A program made the translations under genes and the position numbers. Below, piece after piece: positions 1-9,281 of a stretch of 51,295 nt of DNA. The notes beneath the pieces were generated by a model. That model had not been told where the DNA came from, did not search any database, and saw nothing but the letters and a program-made list of their open reading frames with translations. The DNA comes from Patescibacteria group bacterium (GTDB lineage Bacteria; Patescibacteriota; JAHJAL01): positions 1 to 51,295 of the forward strand of contig JBMORM010000020.1 in the NCBI GenBank assembly GCA_049322675.1, given 5' to 3'. How positions within the stretch are numbered: position 1 is the stretch's first letter; each line of letters opens with the position of its first letter.

Positions 1-56
1 ATTGATTTGCAGATATAAATTAACAATATAGTAAATATTTTTTTGGAGGTATTTTT

Positions 57-155
57 ATGAAAAAAGTAAAAGCGGTCAAGGGTTTTGGTACGAAAATTTT
101 GGATATCATGTCTGTGGTAACGGTTTTTTTATTATTTATTGGTATGTTGTATTAA
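57..155 (+). CDS. tiny hydrophobic peptide (32 aa), hypothetical
   Basis: ATG at 57 sits 6 nt after GGAGGT. The ORF reads MKKVKAVKGFGTKILDIMSVVTVFLLFIGMLY, stops at TAA 153-155, and has one hydrophobic C-terminal segment. It is below the ORF-track cutoff. Confidence 0.3.
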   Translation: MKKVKAVKGFGTKILDIMSVVTVFLLFIGMLY

Positions 156-169
156 TTATTGGTGATGCT

Positions 170-748
170 ATGAAAAGATTATTTAGTTTTTTGCGAACAT
201 TGTCATATGTAATTCTAGTTTCGTTGATCTTTTTGGGTTTGGGACGGGTTAAAGTGATTGCTAAAGCTGCGGGTTGGGATCATGATTTTGTTTTGTCTTC
301 TTTGCGCGCAAATACTGATGGTTTTGAGGACGAAAAAGCAAAAGTTATCGATGAATATTTACGAGAAAAAGATAGTGTTATGGTGGGTATGGGAAAATAT
401 TTTGTTGTTAGTGCCCGCGATTATGATTTGCCAGTTTATTTGTTGGTGGCAATGGCTGGGGCTGAGAGTAATTTTGGTTGTAAAGGTTATGCGGTTGATA
501 CTTACAATGCTTTTGGTTTGGGTGTTCATGAAGGTCGTAGATACAATTCTTGGGAGGAAGGAATATCAGACTTGGCTTTTGTTTTAAGAAATTATTATTT
601 TGATGAAGGGTTGGATCAGACTGTTGAAATTCAAAATAAATGGGCGCCAAGAGGGCTAGATGGAAATGGTTGGCAGAATACTTGGGCGGACAATGTGGAT
701 TACTTTATGGCGGAGTTGGAAAAAAAAGAAAAGGAAATCTCATTATGA
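170..748 (+). CDS. secreted/membrane-anchored glucosaminidase-like (lysozyme-fold) cell-wall hydrolase candidate
   Basis: 192-aa ORF with an N-terminal hydrophobic signal/anchor (LSYVILVSLIFLGLG). The motif LLVAMAGAESNFG...NAFGLG resembles the catalytic-Glu region of mannosyl-glycoprotein endo-beta-N-acetylglucosaminidase/FlgJ-type domains. Confidence 0.55.
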   Translation: MKRLFSFLRTLSYVILVSLIFLGLGRVKVIAKAAGWDHDFVLSSLRANTDGFEDEKAKVIDEYLREKDSVMVGMGKYFVVSARDYDLPVYLLVAMAGAESNFGCKGYAVDTYNAFGLGVHEGRRYNSWEEGISDLAFVLRNYYFDEGLDQTVEIQNKWAPRGLDGNGWQNTWADNVDYFMAELEKKEKEISL

Positions 749-760
749 GATTTCCTTTTC
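731..760 (+). terminator. intrinsic terminator hairpin
   Basis: A 12-bp perfect stem (AAGGAAATCTCA / TGAGATTTCCTT) with a 3-nt loop, followed by a T-run. The stop codon of the upstream CDS lies inside the stem. Confidence 0.6.
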
Positions 761-828
761 TGAAAGTTTAGATAGATTTTGAAATGAGATAGGATTGAGT
801 TATAATTTTAGGTGTTGGATCTAAACAT

Positions 829-900
829 GGGCTCATAGCTCAGTGGTAGAGCAGGCGGCTCATAACCGCTTGGTCGCAGGTTCAAATCCTGCTGAGCCCA
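829..900 (+). tRNA. tRNA-Met (anticodon CAT); elongator type or possibly tRNA-Ile2(CAU)
   Basis: 72-nt cloverleaf: acceptor GGGCTCA/TGAGCCC plus discriminator A, anticodon loop CT-CAT-AA, T-arm GCAGGTTCAAATCCTGC. G1-C72 pairing argues against an initiator. No encoded CCA. Confidence 0.9.
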
Positions 901-920
901 TTTGGATAAATAAAAAAAAT

Positions 921-2552
921 ATGCTGGAAGAAAAGGAGTGGAAAAAAGTAAAACCAGTTTTGATGTTGGTTTTGGATGGATTTGGGGTGACGCTTACCAG
1001 GAAGGGAAATGCGATAATCAATGCCAACACGCCAGTTTTTGATAGATTATGGAATGATTATCCTCATGTATTGCTCAATGCTTCAGGCGAGGCGGTAGGT
1101 TTGCCGTGGGGGGAATATGGAAATTCAGAGGTTGGTCATATTACTTTGGGTATGGGGACGGTGATAAAACAAAGTTTGGCCATGATTAAAGACAGCATTG
1201 CCAGTGGTGATTTTTTTGAGAATGAAGTGATAGTTACGGCTATAAATCAGGCAAAAAGGAAGAATGGGAGGGTGCATTTGGCGGGTATATTTTCTCCGGC
1301 TGGTGTACATGGTCATATAGATTATTTCGCGGCTTTATTGGAGTTGTGCCATAAGATGAATTGCAAAAACGTTTTTTTGCATCTATTTGCCGATGGTCGC
1401 GATGTCCCACCACAATCTTTGCCAGATTTTTTAAGTCAGATTAATGCGGTAATACAACAAAATGGTTGTGGCAAAATTGCTTCTTTAGCTGGTCGTTTTT
1501 ATTCAATGGATCGTATCAGTCGCTGGGATCGTACTCAATTGACATATTTGGCAATGAGAGGGATGGGAAAAGAAACAGCTACGAGTGCGGAAGAAGCAAT
1601 GAATAATTCTTATCAAAAAGGAATATTTGATGAAATGATAATGCCGACGATGATTGTTGATTCTATGGGCAAACCGGTCGGACCGATCGAAAAAGGGGAT
1701 ACTTTGATTTTTATTAATCATAGACGTGATCGAATACGTCAGATAGCTAGCTTTTTTGCATCAGATGAGCCTGTAATTGCGGAGGCGAGAAAAGAGGATA
1801 AACTGTCTGATTTGAATATAGTTAGTATGGTGTTTTATGAATTGGTAAATATGGGTGTTAAGATTGCTTTTACTCCGGAAGAGATAAATAAATCATCTGG
1901 TGAGGCGATGAGTTTGCCTAGAGTATTGAGCGAAAATGGAATAAAACAATATCATGTTGCGGAAACAGAGAAATTTCCTCATGTTACATATTTTTTCAAT
2001 GGGGGAGAGAAAACAAGTTATGATGGGGAGGAATATAAACATGTTCTTTCGCCTAAGGTCAGAGGTTATGAAGAAAAACCTGAAATGAGTTTGTATGAGG
2101 TGACCGATGACATTTTACGCGTACTTGATGGGGGGGGACATGGATTTATTTTGTCAAATTTTGCCAATCCGGATATGATTGGACATACTGGGGTTTATGA
2201 AGCCGGAGTGAAGGCGGTAGAAATAGTTGATAGTTGTGTGGGGAGATTGGTAGATGAAACTTTGAAAAAAGATGGAACTGTCATGATTACCGCGGATCAT
2301 GGTAATTGTGATGAAATGTTGAATCCGATTTCGGGAAATATTTCTAAAGAACATAGTTCGAATCCGGTTCCGTTTTTTTTGATCGACAATCGTTTTAAGA
2401 TAAGTCGAAAGCGTTTGGAGATTTTTGAAAATGCTGGAAATATGAAACCAAATGGTTTGTTGGCCGATGTGTCTCCGACAGTATTGGATGTTTTTGGATT
2501 TGAAATTCCGGAGGAAATGACAGGAGTATCTTTATTGGACGCAGTAGAGTAG
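921..2552 (+). CDS. gpmI: 2,3-bisphosphoglycerate-independent phosphoglycerate mutase
   Basis: Motifs LVLDGFG, GNSEVGH, ITADHGNCD and overall iPGM length. The ORF-track start at 843 is a GTG inside the tRNA; the first ATG outside the tRNA is 921 (MLEEKEWKK...). Confidence 0.92.
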   Translation: MLEEKEWKKVKPVLMLVLDGFGVTLTRKGNAIINANTPVFDRLWNDYPHVLLNASGEAVGLPWGEYGNSEVGHITLGMGTVIKQSLAMIKDSIASGDFFENEVIVTAINQAKRKNGRVHLAGIFSPAGVHGHIDYFAALLELCHKMNCKNVFLHLFADGRDVPPQSLPDFLSQINAVIQQNGCGKIASLAGRFYSMDRISRWDRTQLTYLAMRGMGKETATSAEEAMNNSYQKGIFDEMIMPTMIVDSMGKPVGPIEKGDTLIFINHRRDRIRQIASFFASDEPVIAEARKEDKLSDLNIVSMVFYELVNMGVKIAFTPEEINKSSGEAMSLPRVLSENGIKQYHVAETEKFPHVTYFFNGGEKTSYDGEEYKHVLSPKVRGYEEKPEMSLYEVTDDILRVLDGGGHGFILSNFANPDMIGHTGVYEAGVKAVEIVDSCVGRLVDETLKKDGTVMITADHGNCDEMLNPISGNISKEHSSNPVPFFLIDNRFKISRKRLEIFENAGNMKPNGLLADVSPTVLDVFGFEIPEEMTGVSLLDAVE

Positions 2553-2558
2553 GAGATT

Positions 2559-3281
2559 ATGTATTTTTTTGGTACCGAAAAACATTTGACTAAGCTGTTT
2601 GATTGGTGTTTGGATTGGGTTTGGCCAAGATATTGTTTGGGGTGTTGGAAGGAAGGGGAGTGGGTTTGTGGTGATTGTTTAAAAGAAAAGATAATAACGG
2701 ATACAAATTTTTGCTGTCCGGAATGTCGATTGGAAAATGGGAATGGGGGAGTATGTGTCAATTGTCGAGCAAAGTGGAATTTGGATCATCTGCTGGTCGC
2801 GTGTTGTCCAACTGAGCTTTTGAGAGAAATATTGTTGCAGTATAAGTATAAAGATATTTATCGTTTGACGGATGTTTTGGCTTTTTTCTTGACCAAAAAA
2901 TTGGATAAGGTGGGGGAAAAATATGATTGTGTGACTTTTGTTCCACTTCATTCCAAAAGAGAAAGATGGCGAGGATACAATCAATCGGCGATATTGGCTA
3001 AGATATTAGCCAAAAATTACAATATTGCTTTTGCGAAGATTATGTATAGATGGCGGTTTGGTTCACCGCAAGTAAATTTTGATCGAGTGGGAAGAAAGAA
3101 AAATGTTGAAGGTGTTTTTGCTATGATGAAGAAGATGGATCTGTCCGGAAAAAAAATATTGGTAGTTGATGACGTTTGTACCACGGGGGCGACGATAAAT
3201 GAGTGCGCGAGGATTTTGAAAGAAAATGGAGCGGAGCAAGTTGATGGATTGGTGGTGGTAAGGGGTACTATGAAGAAATAA
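2559..3281 (+). CDS. comF: ComF family protein (double zinc-ribbon plus phosphoribosyltransferase domain)
   Basis: N-terminal Cys pairs CLGC..CGDC and CPEC..CVNC. C-terminal PRPP-binding motif KILVVDDVCTTGATINE. 240 aa, typical of ComFC. Confidence 0.85.
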   Translation: MYFFGTEKHLTKLFDWCLDWVWPRYCLGCWKEGEWVCGDCLKEKIITDTNFCCPECRLENGNGGVCVNCRAKWNLDHLLVACCPTELLREILLQYKYKDIYRLTDVLAFFLTKKLDKVGEKYDCVTFVPLHSKRERWRGYNQSAILAKILAKNYNIAFAKIMYRWRFGSPQVNFDRVGRKKNVEGVFAMMKKMDLSGKKILVVDDVCTTGATINECARILKENGAEQVDGLVVVRGTMKK

Positions 3282-4626
3282 TTTTTGGTTTGAGGATATA
3301 AAAATTTTTGTTGGGTAAAGACAATTGTCCGTTATCGGCTTGATAGAGTTCAAGAGAAAAGATATCTTGAAAAATATTTGATTGCAAAAATTCATTGTGT
3401 ACTGTGAAGTTGCTGGTGGGATTGGTATTGATGATGGTTAGCAGGTATTGGTTTTGGCTATGAGTGATATAGGCAATTTTTTCGTGGTGGCAAGAAATTA
3501 TTTTTATTTGACCGGAGGCGAGAAATGGATGAGCATGACGGATGGTGGTAATTTTTTGGATAAAAGAAAGATGGTTTTTTTGTCGCTCGGTGAGTTTTTC
3601 GGTGTTAATCATCTTTTTTCTGACTTGTCGATCTTGTTTTGATTTTTTTAAACCATCAAATAGGATCTCGTCGCCGTAATATAGACAAGGTTGTCCGGGG
3701 GTAGTAAAAAGGATAACAAATGCCGATTGCAAATCTGGATATGATTCAAGTAAAGAAAAAATACGGTCGGTGTCGTGGTTATTTAGAAAATTGAATAGAA
3801 AAAGATTATCTTGCTGGGTAAATATTTGTTGGAGTTGCCAAAAGTCTTTTTGAGTAAATGACTGATGAAGATGTTGAAAGAGTGGAAAGTTGGTACCAGT
3901 ATGTAATAGGTTTTTATCAATTAGTTTTGTCTGGGATGGGGTCATCAATTCCCCGATTAAGACAGAATCAGGTTGGAGGTCGGTGGTTAGCAAACGTAGT
4001 TTTTTGAGAAAATTTGGTTTGAGTAAATATGCAACATCCAATCTTAGTCCGTCAATTTTAAATTCTTGAAACCAGAACTGAACTGCTTTAAAAATATGAT
4101 TTTGGACGTTGGAATTATCGGTATTTAGGGCGGGTAATTCGACACAGTCTTGGTAAAAATCATAACTAAATCCATCTCGCCAAACAGTGTTGGCGGTGAA
4201 ATCTATTTTTTTATACCAGGAGAGAAAGGGGGAATTTTTTTGATTTTTTTTGAGGTCGATAAATGCGGGAAAGAGGCGGCTGGTGTGATTGAAAACTGCA
4301 TCAACAACGACTTTGATTTTTAATTGGTGTAATTCTTGGACGATTTCTTTGAATAGTTGGTTGGTGCCAAGGCGACGGTCGATTTGACAATAGTCGATAG
4401 TGTCGTAGCCATGGGTACAGGATTCAAAAATTGGTCCGAAATATAGAGCATTGATATTTAATTTTTTGAAATGAGAATAGTATTGTCTGATTTTGGCGAG
4501 GCGGTTAATCGGTTGAATTTGCAATAAAGAATGGTCAATGATTGCAATTGGATTTATTTCGGGACAGTTGAAAAAGCCCAGGGGATAGATATGATAAAAG
4601 ATAGAATTTTTCCACCAAGGAGACAT
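3268..4626 (-). CDS. alpha-amylase family (GH13) glycoside hydrolase
   Basis: GH13 conserved regions DAVFNHTS, GLRLDVAYLL, LIGELM and FLNNHDTDR. It overlaps the convergent comF by 14 nt. Confidence 0.85.
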   Translation of the reverse strand: MSPWWKNSIFYHIYPLGFFNCPEINPIAIIDHSLLQIQPINRLAKIRQYYSHFKKLNINALYFGPIFESCTHGYDTIDYCQIDRRLGTNQLFKEIVQELHQLKIKVVVDAVFNHTSRLFPAFIDLKKNQKNSPFLSWYKKIDFTANTVWRDGFSYDFYQDCVELPALNTDNSNVQNHIFKAVQFWFQEFKIDGLRLDVAYLLKPNFLKKLRLLTTDLQPDSVLIGELMTPSQTKLIDKNLLHTGTNFPLFQHLHQSFTQKDFWQLQQIFTQQDNLFLFNFLNNHDTDRIFSLLESYPDLQSAFVILFTTPGQPCLYYGDEILFDGLKKSKQDRQVRKKMINTEKLTERQKNHLSFIQKITTIRHAHPFLASGQIKIISCHHEKIAYITHSQNQYLLTIINTNPTSNFTVHNEFLQSNIFQDIFSLELYQADNGQLSLPNKNFYILKPKIISS

Positions 4627-4663
4627 GAGGTTTTTTTGATTGATAAACAGATATTATTCTAAC

Positions 4664-4710
4664 AAAAATCCCCTAATATATCATGAAGATTAGTTAGGGG
4701 ATTTGTTTTT
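4664..4710. terminator. bidirectional hairpin terminator (serves the minus-strand oxidoreductase gene)
   Basis: AAATCCCCTAA / TTAGGGGATTT 11-bp stem flanked by an A-run and a T-run, immediately 3' of the stop of the 4730..6661 gene. Confidence 0.5.
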
Positions 4711-4729
4711 GCGAAAATTTTATCGAAGA

Positions 4730-6661
4730 TTATTTGATTTTTTGGCAGAGGTCGGCAGCCTGACGCATCGCATCGTTGAGACGGCCGACTTTGTCAGAAT
4801 CACCGATGTTGTAGATCTTTTTTACTTTTTTCTTGAGACCGATATATAGATCAACGTTTGGACAACGTCCAAAGCAAACAATAATTTGATCGGATTTTAG
4901 TTTGGTTTTTCCGTTGCCCTTTTGGATAATCAGACCATCGGGTTCGATTTTTATTACCTTGGTTTCAGTGTGAATTTTGACTTTTTGTTTGGAGAGCCTT
5001 TCTAGTAGAAGGGCTTTTTCGTCTCCGGGCATTTCCAAGGCGATATCTTTTGATAATTCGATAATGGTTACTTCTTTTTTTTGACTGGATAGCAGATCAG
5101 CAACTTGAGCTCCTTGGCAACCACCGCCGATGATGATAATCTTTTTTTTCAATTTTGATTTGCCTTGGAGCACTTGTTCGGAAAGAAGGACATTACTATT
5201 GTCAATGCCATCGATTGGCGGTTTGACGGCGGAGGACCCGGCGCAGACAATGACTGATTGAGGTTTTTCTTTGATAATGAGTTCTGGTGTTGCTGCGGTT
5301 TTTAGCTTGACTTCAATGGGAAGTTTTTTTACTTGATTGATGAGATAGTTTTTAAAAGTAGCCATACCGTCGCGGAGAGGGGTTTTATCGGCGAGATTTA
5401 AAAGTCCACCAAGAGAGTTATTTTTTTCGAATAATGTGATTTTGTGTCCTTTTTGGCTAAGGCAAATTGCGGAGTATAGACCGGCAGGGCCGCCGCCAAC
5501 AATTACAATCTTTTCCGGTTTGGTAGTAGGAGCGAATTTGTATTTGTTTTCGAAGCCGCAATTTGGGTTGACAGTACATTGTACGTCTTGGCCGGCAAAA
5601 AGTCTGGCAATACAGCCTTGATTGCAGGAGATGCAGTAATTGATATCGTCGAGTTGATTATTTTGAACTTTTTGTGGCCAAGCTGGATCGGCCAATAATC
5701 CTCGTCCAATTCCGATCATGTCTGCTTGTTTGTTATCCAGGATTTTTTCGGCAAGAGATGGTTGATGTATTTTGGCAACGGTGATGATGGGTAGTTTGAC
5801 GTATTTTTTTACTTTGGCGGCATATTTGACCAATGGGGCTTCGGGCGTGGCCATGGGGGGAATCATCATGCCTTGGTTGTATGAACCATAGTTGCCGGCG
5901 GAAAGATGAAGGGCGTGTATATTTAGTTTTTCCAAATCTTGAGCAATTTTTATTGTGTCATCAATAGTGAGTCCGCCATCGGTTAGTTCATCGGCGGAAA
6001 GACGGACGATGATGGGAAAATTGTCTCCTAAAATAGCTTTGACTTTGAGAATAATATTTTTTAGGAATCGGAATCGGTTGGAGTAGTTGCCGCCATATTT
6101 GTCGGTTCTTTTGTTGGAGATAGGTGATAAAAATTGGGTGATGAGATAACCATGAGCGCCATGGATTTCGACAAAGTCCATATTGGCTTCTTTGGCTCGC
6201 ATGGCGGAATCCGCGTATTTGTTTTCCAATTCGATTATTTCGCTGATGGTCAATTTTTTGGGTGGATCTTGGGTGACTGGGCAGGGGATAGTTGAGGGGG
6301 CGACAGGTTGCTTGCCGGTGGTGAGGTGGTGAGTTTGTCGTCCGGCGTGATAGAGTTGTGGTCCAATTTTTGCGCCGTATTGGTGGGCGATTTCGGCCAG
6401 TTTTTTTAGTCCGGCTAGTTGTTTGTCTTTGTCTATTCCCAATTCGTGAGTAAAACCTTTGCCTTCGCTGGAAATATAACTGGCTTCTAATATTAATAGT
6501 CCGGTACCGCCGGCGGCGATGGATTTGATGTGCTTGATGTATTTGTCGGTTACTTCACCGGAAGTGCTGGCATAATTTCGAACCATGGGTGGCATGACTA
6601 TCCGATTTTTTACGGTCATGGTGCCGATTGAAATTGGAGAAAAGAGATTGGGAAATTTCAT
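4730..6661 (-). CDS. NADH:flavin oxidoreductase (OYE TIM barrel) fused to an FAD/NAD(P)-binding domain; 2,4-dienoyl-CoA reductase-like
   Basis: KNRIVMPPM and HGAHGYLITQFLSP (OYE family), Cys cluster CISCNQGC (Fe-S), and two Rossmann GxGxxG motifs (IVGGGPAGL, IIGGGCQG). Confidence 0.85.
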   Translation of the reverse strand: MKFPNLFSPISIGTMTVKNRIVMPPMVRNYASTSGEVTDKYIKHIKSIAAGGTGLLILEASYISSEGKGFTHELGIDKDKQLAGLKKLAEIAHQYGAKIGPQLYHAGRQTHHLTTGKQPVAPSTIPCPVTQDPPKKLTISEIIELENKYADSAMRAKEANMDFVEIHGAHGYLITQFLSPISNKRTDKYGGNYSNRFRFLKNIILKVKAILGDNFPIIVRLSADELTDGGLTIDDTIKIAQDLEKLNIHALHLSAGNYGSYNQGMMIPPMATPEAPLVKYAAKVKKYVKLPIITVAKIHQPSLAEKILDNKQADMIGIGRGLLADPAWPQKVQNNQLDDINYCISCNQGCIARLFAGQDVQCTVNPNCGFENKYKFAPTTKPEKIVIVGGGPAGLYSAICLSQKGHKITLFEKNNSLGGLLNLADKTPLRDGMATFKNYLINQVKKLPIEVKLKTAATPELIIKEKPQSVIVCAGSSAVKPPIDGIDNSNVLLSEQVLQGKSKLKKKIIIIGGGCQGAQVADLLSSQKKEVTIIELSKDIALEMPGDEKALLLERLSKQKVKIHTETKVIKIEPDGLIIQKGNGKTKLKSDQIIVCFGRCPNVDLYIGLKKKVKKIYNIGDSDKVGRLNDAMRQAADLCQKIK

Positions 6662-6734
6662 AACTTATGATTATTTATATTGTTGGCTATATTTTAGCAT
6701 GATTATTTTTTTGGGTGAAAAAAATCATGGGAGA

Positions 6735-6790
6735 AATTTTTAATTTTTAATTTTCAATTTTCAAAGAATTTTCAATGACTCAATTTTCAG
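6735..6790 (+). repeat. 8-bp-period TTTTCAAT-type intergenic element (half copy of the palindromic family)
   Basis: AATTTTTAATTTTTAATTTTCAATTTTCAAAGAATTTTCAATGACTCAATTTTCAG shares the core TTYCAAWRRATTTYCAATGAC with the elements at 14757, 49236 and 50807. It lies in a divergent intergenic region. Confidence 0.6.
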
Positions 6791-6893
6791 ATATTGGCAA
6801 AGGGATAGTAGGACTTGGTGACTACTTGACAAAAATTATAGTAACGAGGTATTATAGATGTATAGATAGTTGTCTATTTAATAATATTACCTT

Positions 6894-7154
6894 ATGGATA
6901 AAGTTTTTAAAGCTTTGGCGGATAAAAATCGAAGAAGTATTTTGGAATTATTGCGGAAGAGAGATATGTCGGTGACGGAGTTGTTGGAAAACTTTGATAT
7001 TACTCAAGCTTCTTTGTCCCATCATTTGGATATTCTGAAGCGGGCCAATTTGGTGATAGATGAGAGAAGAGGACAGTTTGTTTTTTATTCGTTGAATATG
7101 TCAGTGGCTGAGGAATTGATGCAGTGGTTGTATAAAAGGTTTGGGAAGGGATAA
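6894..7154 (+). CDS. ArsR/SmtB-family (SdpR-like) winged-helix transcriptional repressor
   Basis: 86 aa. FKALADKNRRSILELL...MSVTELLENFDITQASLSHHLDILKRANLV is a canonical ArsR HTH. It is paired with an SdpI-like downstream gene. Confidence 0.8.
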   Translation: MDKVFKALADKNRRSILELLRKRDMSVTELLENFDITQASLSHHLDILKRANLVIDERRGQFVFYSLNMSVAEELMQWLYKRFGKG

Positions 7155-7224
7155 AAAGAGTTATCAAGTTTATAAAGTTGAAAGTTTCAAATATTATTCA
7201 AGACAAATTATTCTGGGAGGATAT

Positions 7225-7872
7225 ATGAAAAAAGTTAATTGGCAAGTTTATTTGAGGTTATTTGTAATATTGTTGATGGTGGGAGTGGGATTTTATTTTG
7301 TTGATAAGTTGCCGGATAGAGTGCCGATGCATTGGAATTGGCAAGGAGAGGTGGATAGTTATGGCAGTCGAGCGCAGGGGTTGTGGACAGTGCCGATTAT
7401 GACGGTGGGAATAATGATTTTGTTTTGGTTTCTGCCGAAGTTTGATCCCAAAAGGGAAAAATATCAACAATTTGCCGATGTTTGGGAGATTTTTCAGAGT
7501 TCTTTCGTAATATTCATGTTGTATGTTTATGCAGTGTCTTTGTATGCAGCGATGGTCAAGATAGATGTTGGCGGTTTAGTAATGCTGGGAATCGGATTGT
7601 TGTTTGTTTTGTTGGGAAATTATATGGGCAAGATTCGACAGAATTACTTCGTGGGAATAAAGTTGCCTTGGACTTTAAGTAATGAAGAAGTTTGGAACCG
7701 AACGCACCGAGTAGGTGGTTGGTGTTTTGTTTTGGCTGGAATTTTGATGGTACTTGGGGCATATTTAAAGATAGTGATGGGTTGGTTGTTTGTAGTGGCG
7801 ATGGTTATTTGTTTGATCGTGCCAATAGTGTATTCGTATATTATTTATAAAAAAATTGAGCCGACAAAATAA
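7225..7872 (+). CDS. SdpI/YfhL-family membrane protein (DUF1648 plus SdpI region)
   Basis: ATG at 7225 is preceded by GGGAGG. Motifs PMHWNWQGEVDSYG and NYFVGIKLPWTLSNEEVWNRTHR, with 4-5 TM segments. The ORF-track start at 7141 overlaps the ArsR gene and is less likely. Confidence 0.65.
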   Translation: MKKVNWQVYLRLFVILLMVGVGFYFVDKLPDRVPMHWNWQGEVDSYGSRAQGLWTVPIMTVGIMILFWFLPKFDPKREKYQQFADVWEIFQSSFVIFMLYVYAVSLYAAMVKIDVGGLVMLGIGLLFVLLGNYMGKIRQNYFVGIKLPWTLSNEEVWNRTHRVGGWCFVLAGILMVLGAYLKIVMGWLFVVAMVICLIVPIVYSYIIYKKIEPTK

Positions 7873-7874
7873 TA

Positions 7875-8468
7875 ATGAGTCAAAATACTGTTAGAAAAAA
7901 ACCGAGATTGAATCGTAAATTTAGATTTCAATTATTGAAAGATTGGATAGTTACTCATTTTGAAAAATGTCGGGTGGCGGATGTGGGTGGTGGTAAAGGA
8001 CTATTGGCGTATCTATTGTTGATGGAAGGGTGGGAAACGACGGTGATTGAACCAAATACCACGAAAAATCTGGTGAAGTATCGAGAAGTGCAATCAAAAA
8101 AACGGATTAAGTTGCAAGACAATGATTGGTCCAAGTTGGACAGGATCGAAAGTACTTTATTTCCGGAGATTGCAGACAATTTTGATTTATTGGTGGGATT
8201 GCATGCTCATGGTGTAAATATGGAAATAATTAGAATCTGTGCAGAAAGGAAAAGGGATTTTGTTTTGTTGCCATGTTGTGTAATTGATGAACCGATAATA
8301 AAAAAACCAAACGTGGATTGGTTTGGTTCGTTGGTTGATTATGCCAGAAATCTTGGTTTGGATCCCAAGGTTGGTCAGTTGAATTTTAAGGGTAAAAACA
8401 GAATAATTTACTCTGACAATTTTTTTGGGAAGAGGTCCGAGATTATTCCCCGAGGTACATCAGGCTGA
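7875..8468 (+). CDS. class I SAM-dependent methyltransferase-like protein
   Basis: Motif I-like VADVGGGKGLLAYLL followed by an acidic residue at the strand end (TVIEP). 197 aa. Substrate unknown. Confidence 0.5.
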   Translation: MSQNTVRKKPRLNRKFRFQLLKDWIVTHFEKCRVADVGGGKGLLAYLLLMEGWETTVIEPNTTKNLVKYREVQSKKRIKLQDNDWSKLDRIESTLFPEIADNFDLLVGLHAHGVNMEIIRICAERKRDFVLLPCCVIDEPIIKKPNVDWFGSLVDYARNLGLDPKVGQLNFKGKNRIIYSDNFFGKRSEIIPRGTSG

Positions 8469-8877
8469 TATTGCGGGGGCGGGAGCGATCGAGTTCGATA
8501 AAAAATATTCTCTGCCAGGTGCCGAGATTCATTTTTCCGTCGATTACTTGCAAAGAAATACTAGTGGGTAAAAAGATGGCGTTGCAGTGGGAATGTCCGT
8601 TGACGCAGCCGTCGCCGTTGCAAGCATGGGATTCGTTGTGTTCGTAGTCGCCATTTTCGGGATTAAAGGCGGCTAATTTCTTTTTGAAATCACTGAGTAG
8701 TTTGGGGTCGGTAAATTCATTGATGCAAATGGCAGCACTGGTGTGTTCCAAAAAAACATTGATGAGTCCTTTGGTGAGTTGTTCATTGGTGACCCAGGCG
8801 GAAAGATGATGGGTGATGTCTTGCATGTCGTATATTTCGACGCTTTTCAATGGTATTTTGTGGGTTAAAATGCGCAT
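8443..8877 (-). CDS. yjbQ: YjbQ/UPF0047 family protein (secondary thiamine-phosphate synthase-like)
   Basis: 144 aa. Family pattern: DITHHL, TSAAICINE, GHSHC, LQVIDGKMNLGTWQRIFFIELD..RPR. Confidence 0.85.
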   Translation of the reverse strand: MRILTHKIPLKSVEIYDMQDITHHLSAWVTNEQLTKGLINVFLEHTSAAICINEFTDPKLLSDFKKKLAAFNPENGDYEHNESHACNGDGCVNGHSHCNAIFLPTSISLQVIDGKMNLGTWQRIFFIELDRSRPRNISLMYLGE

Positions 8878-9028
8878 GATAAAATGACAATTAATGATAA
8901 ATAATAGTCTGTCATGGTTGGTGCTTTTATAATAGCAGACAGGGGGTGGGATGTGAAGTTGGAACTTTATAATTGATAATTGATAATGAATAGTGAATAA
9001 TAGTTAGTGATAAGAATTTTAACCATGA

Positions 9029-9117
9029 GGAGAGGTGGCAGAGTGGTTGAATGCGGCGGTCTTGAAAACCGCTATCCGTCTTAGGGCGGATCGTGAGTTC
9101 GAATCTCACCCTCTCCG
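9029..9117 (+). tRNA. tRNA-Ser (anticodon TGA)
   Basis: 89 nt: acceptor GGAGAGG/CCTCTCC plus G, anticodon loop CT-TGA-AA, long variable arm (class II), T-arm GTGAGTTCGAATCTCAC. No encoded CCA. Confidence 0.9.
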
Positions 9118-9173
9118 TTTTTTGTTTATGTCTTTTTTTGTACTATAAATGGTTGGTTAGACGTGAATGATTT

Positions 9174-9206
9174 AAACAGTTTGCCGCTTGGCGAACTGTT
9201 TTTTTG
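9174..9206 (+). terminator. intrinsic terminator after tRNA-Ser
   Basis: AAACAGTT..GCC-GCTT-GGC..AACTGTTT hairpin followed by T7. Confidence 0.5.
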
Positions 9207-9281
9207 CCTGGGATAAAAGAGTAGTAATATCGGTTATATTATGTTATAATACTGGGATTGTTTGAAAAATAAGAATAAAAA

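Noticed and set aside
843-920. N-terminal extension of gpmI starting at GTG 843 (MVEQAAHNRLVAGSNPAEP...).
   Set aside because: This stretch is the tRNA-Met gene read as protein. The real start is ATG 921.
2130-2137. G8 homopolymer inside gpmI as a phase-variation tract.
   Set aside because: It encodes the in-frame Gly-Gly-Gly of LDGGGHGF in an intact housekeeping gene. There is no evidence of slippage.
8950-9025. TGATAA/ATAATTGATAATTGATAATGAATAGTGAATAATAG periodic AT-rich stretch upstream of tRNA-Ser, as another member of the palindromic family.
   Set aside because: It has a different unit, no inverted arm and no shared core. It is probably just an AT-rich promoter/UP region. It is noted but not assigned to the family.
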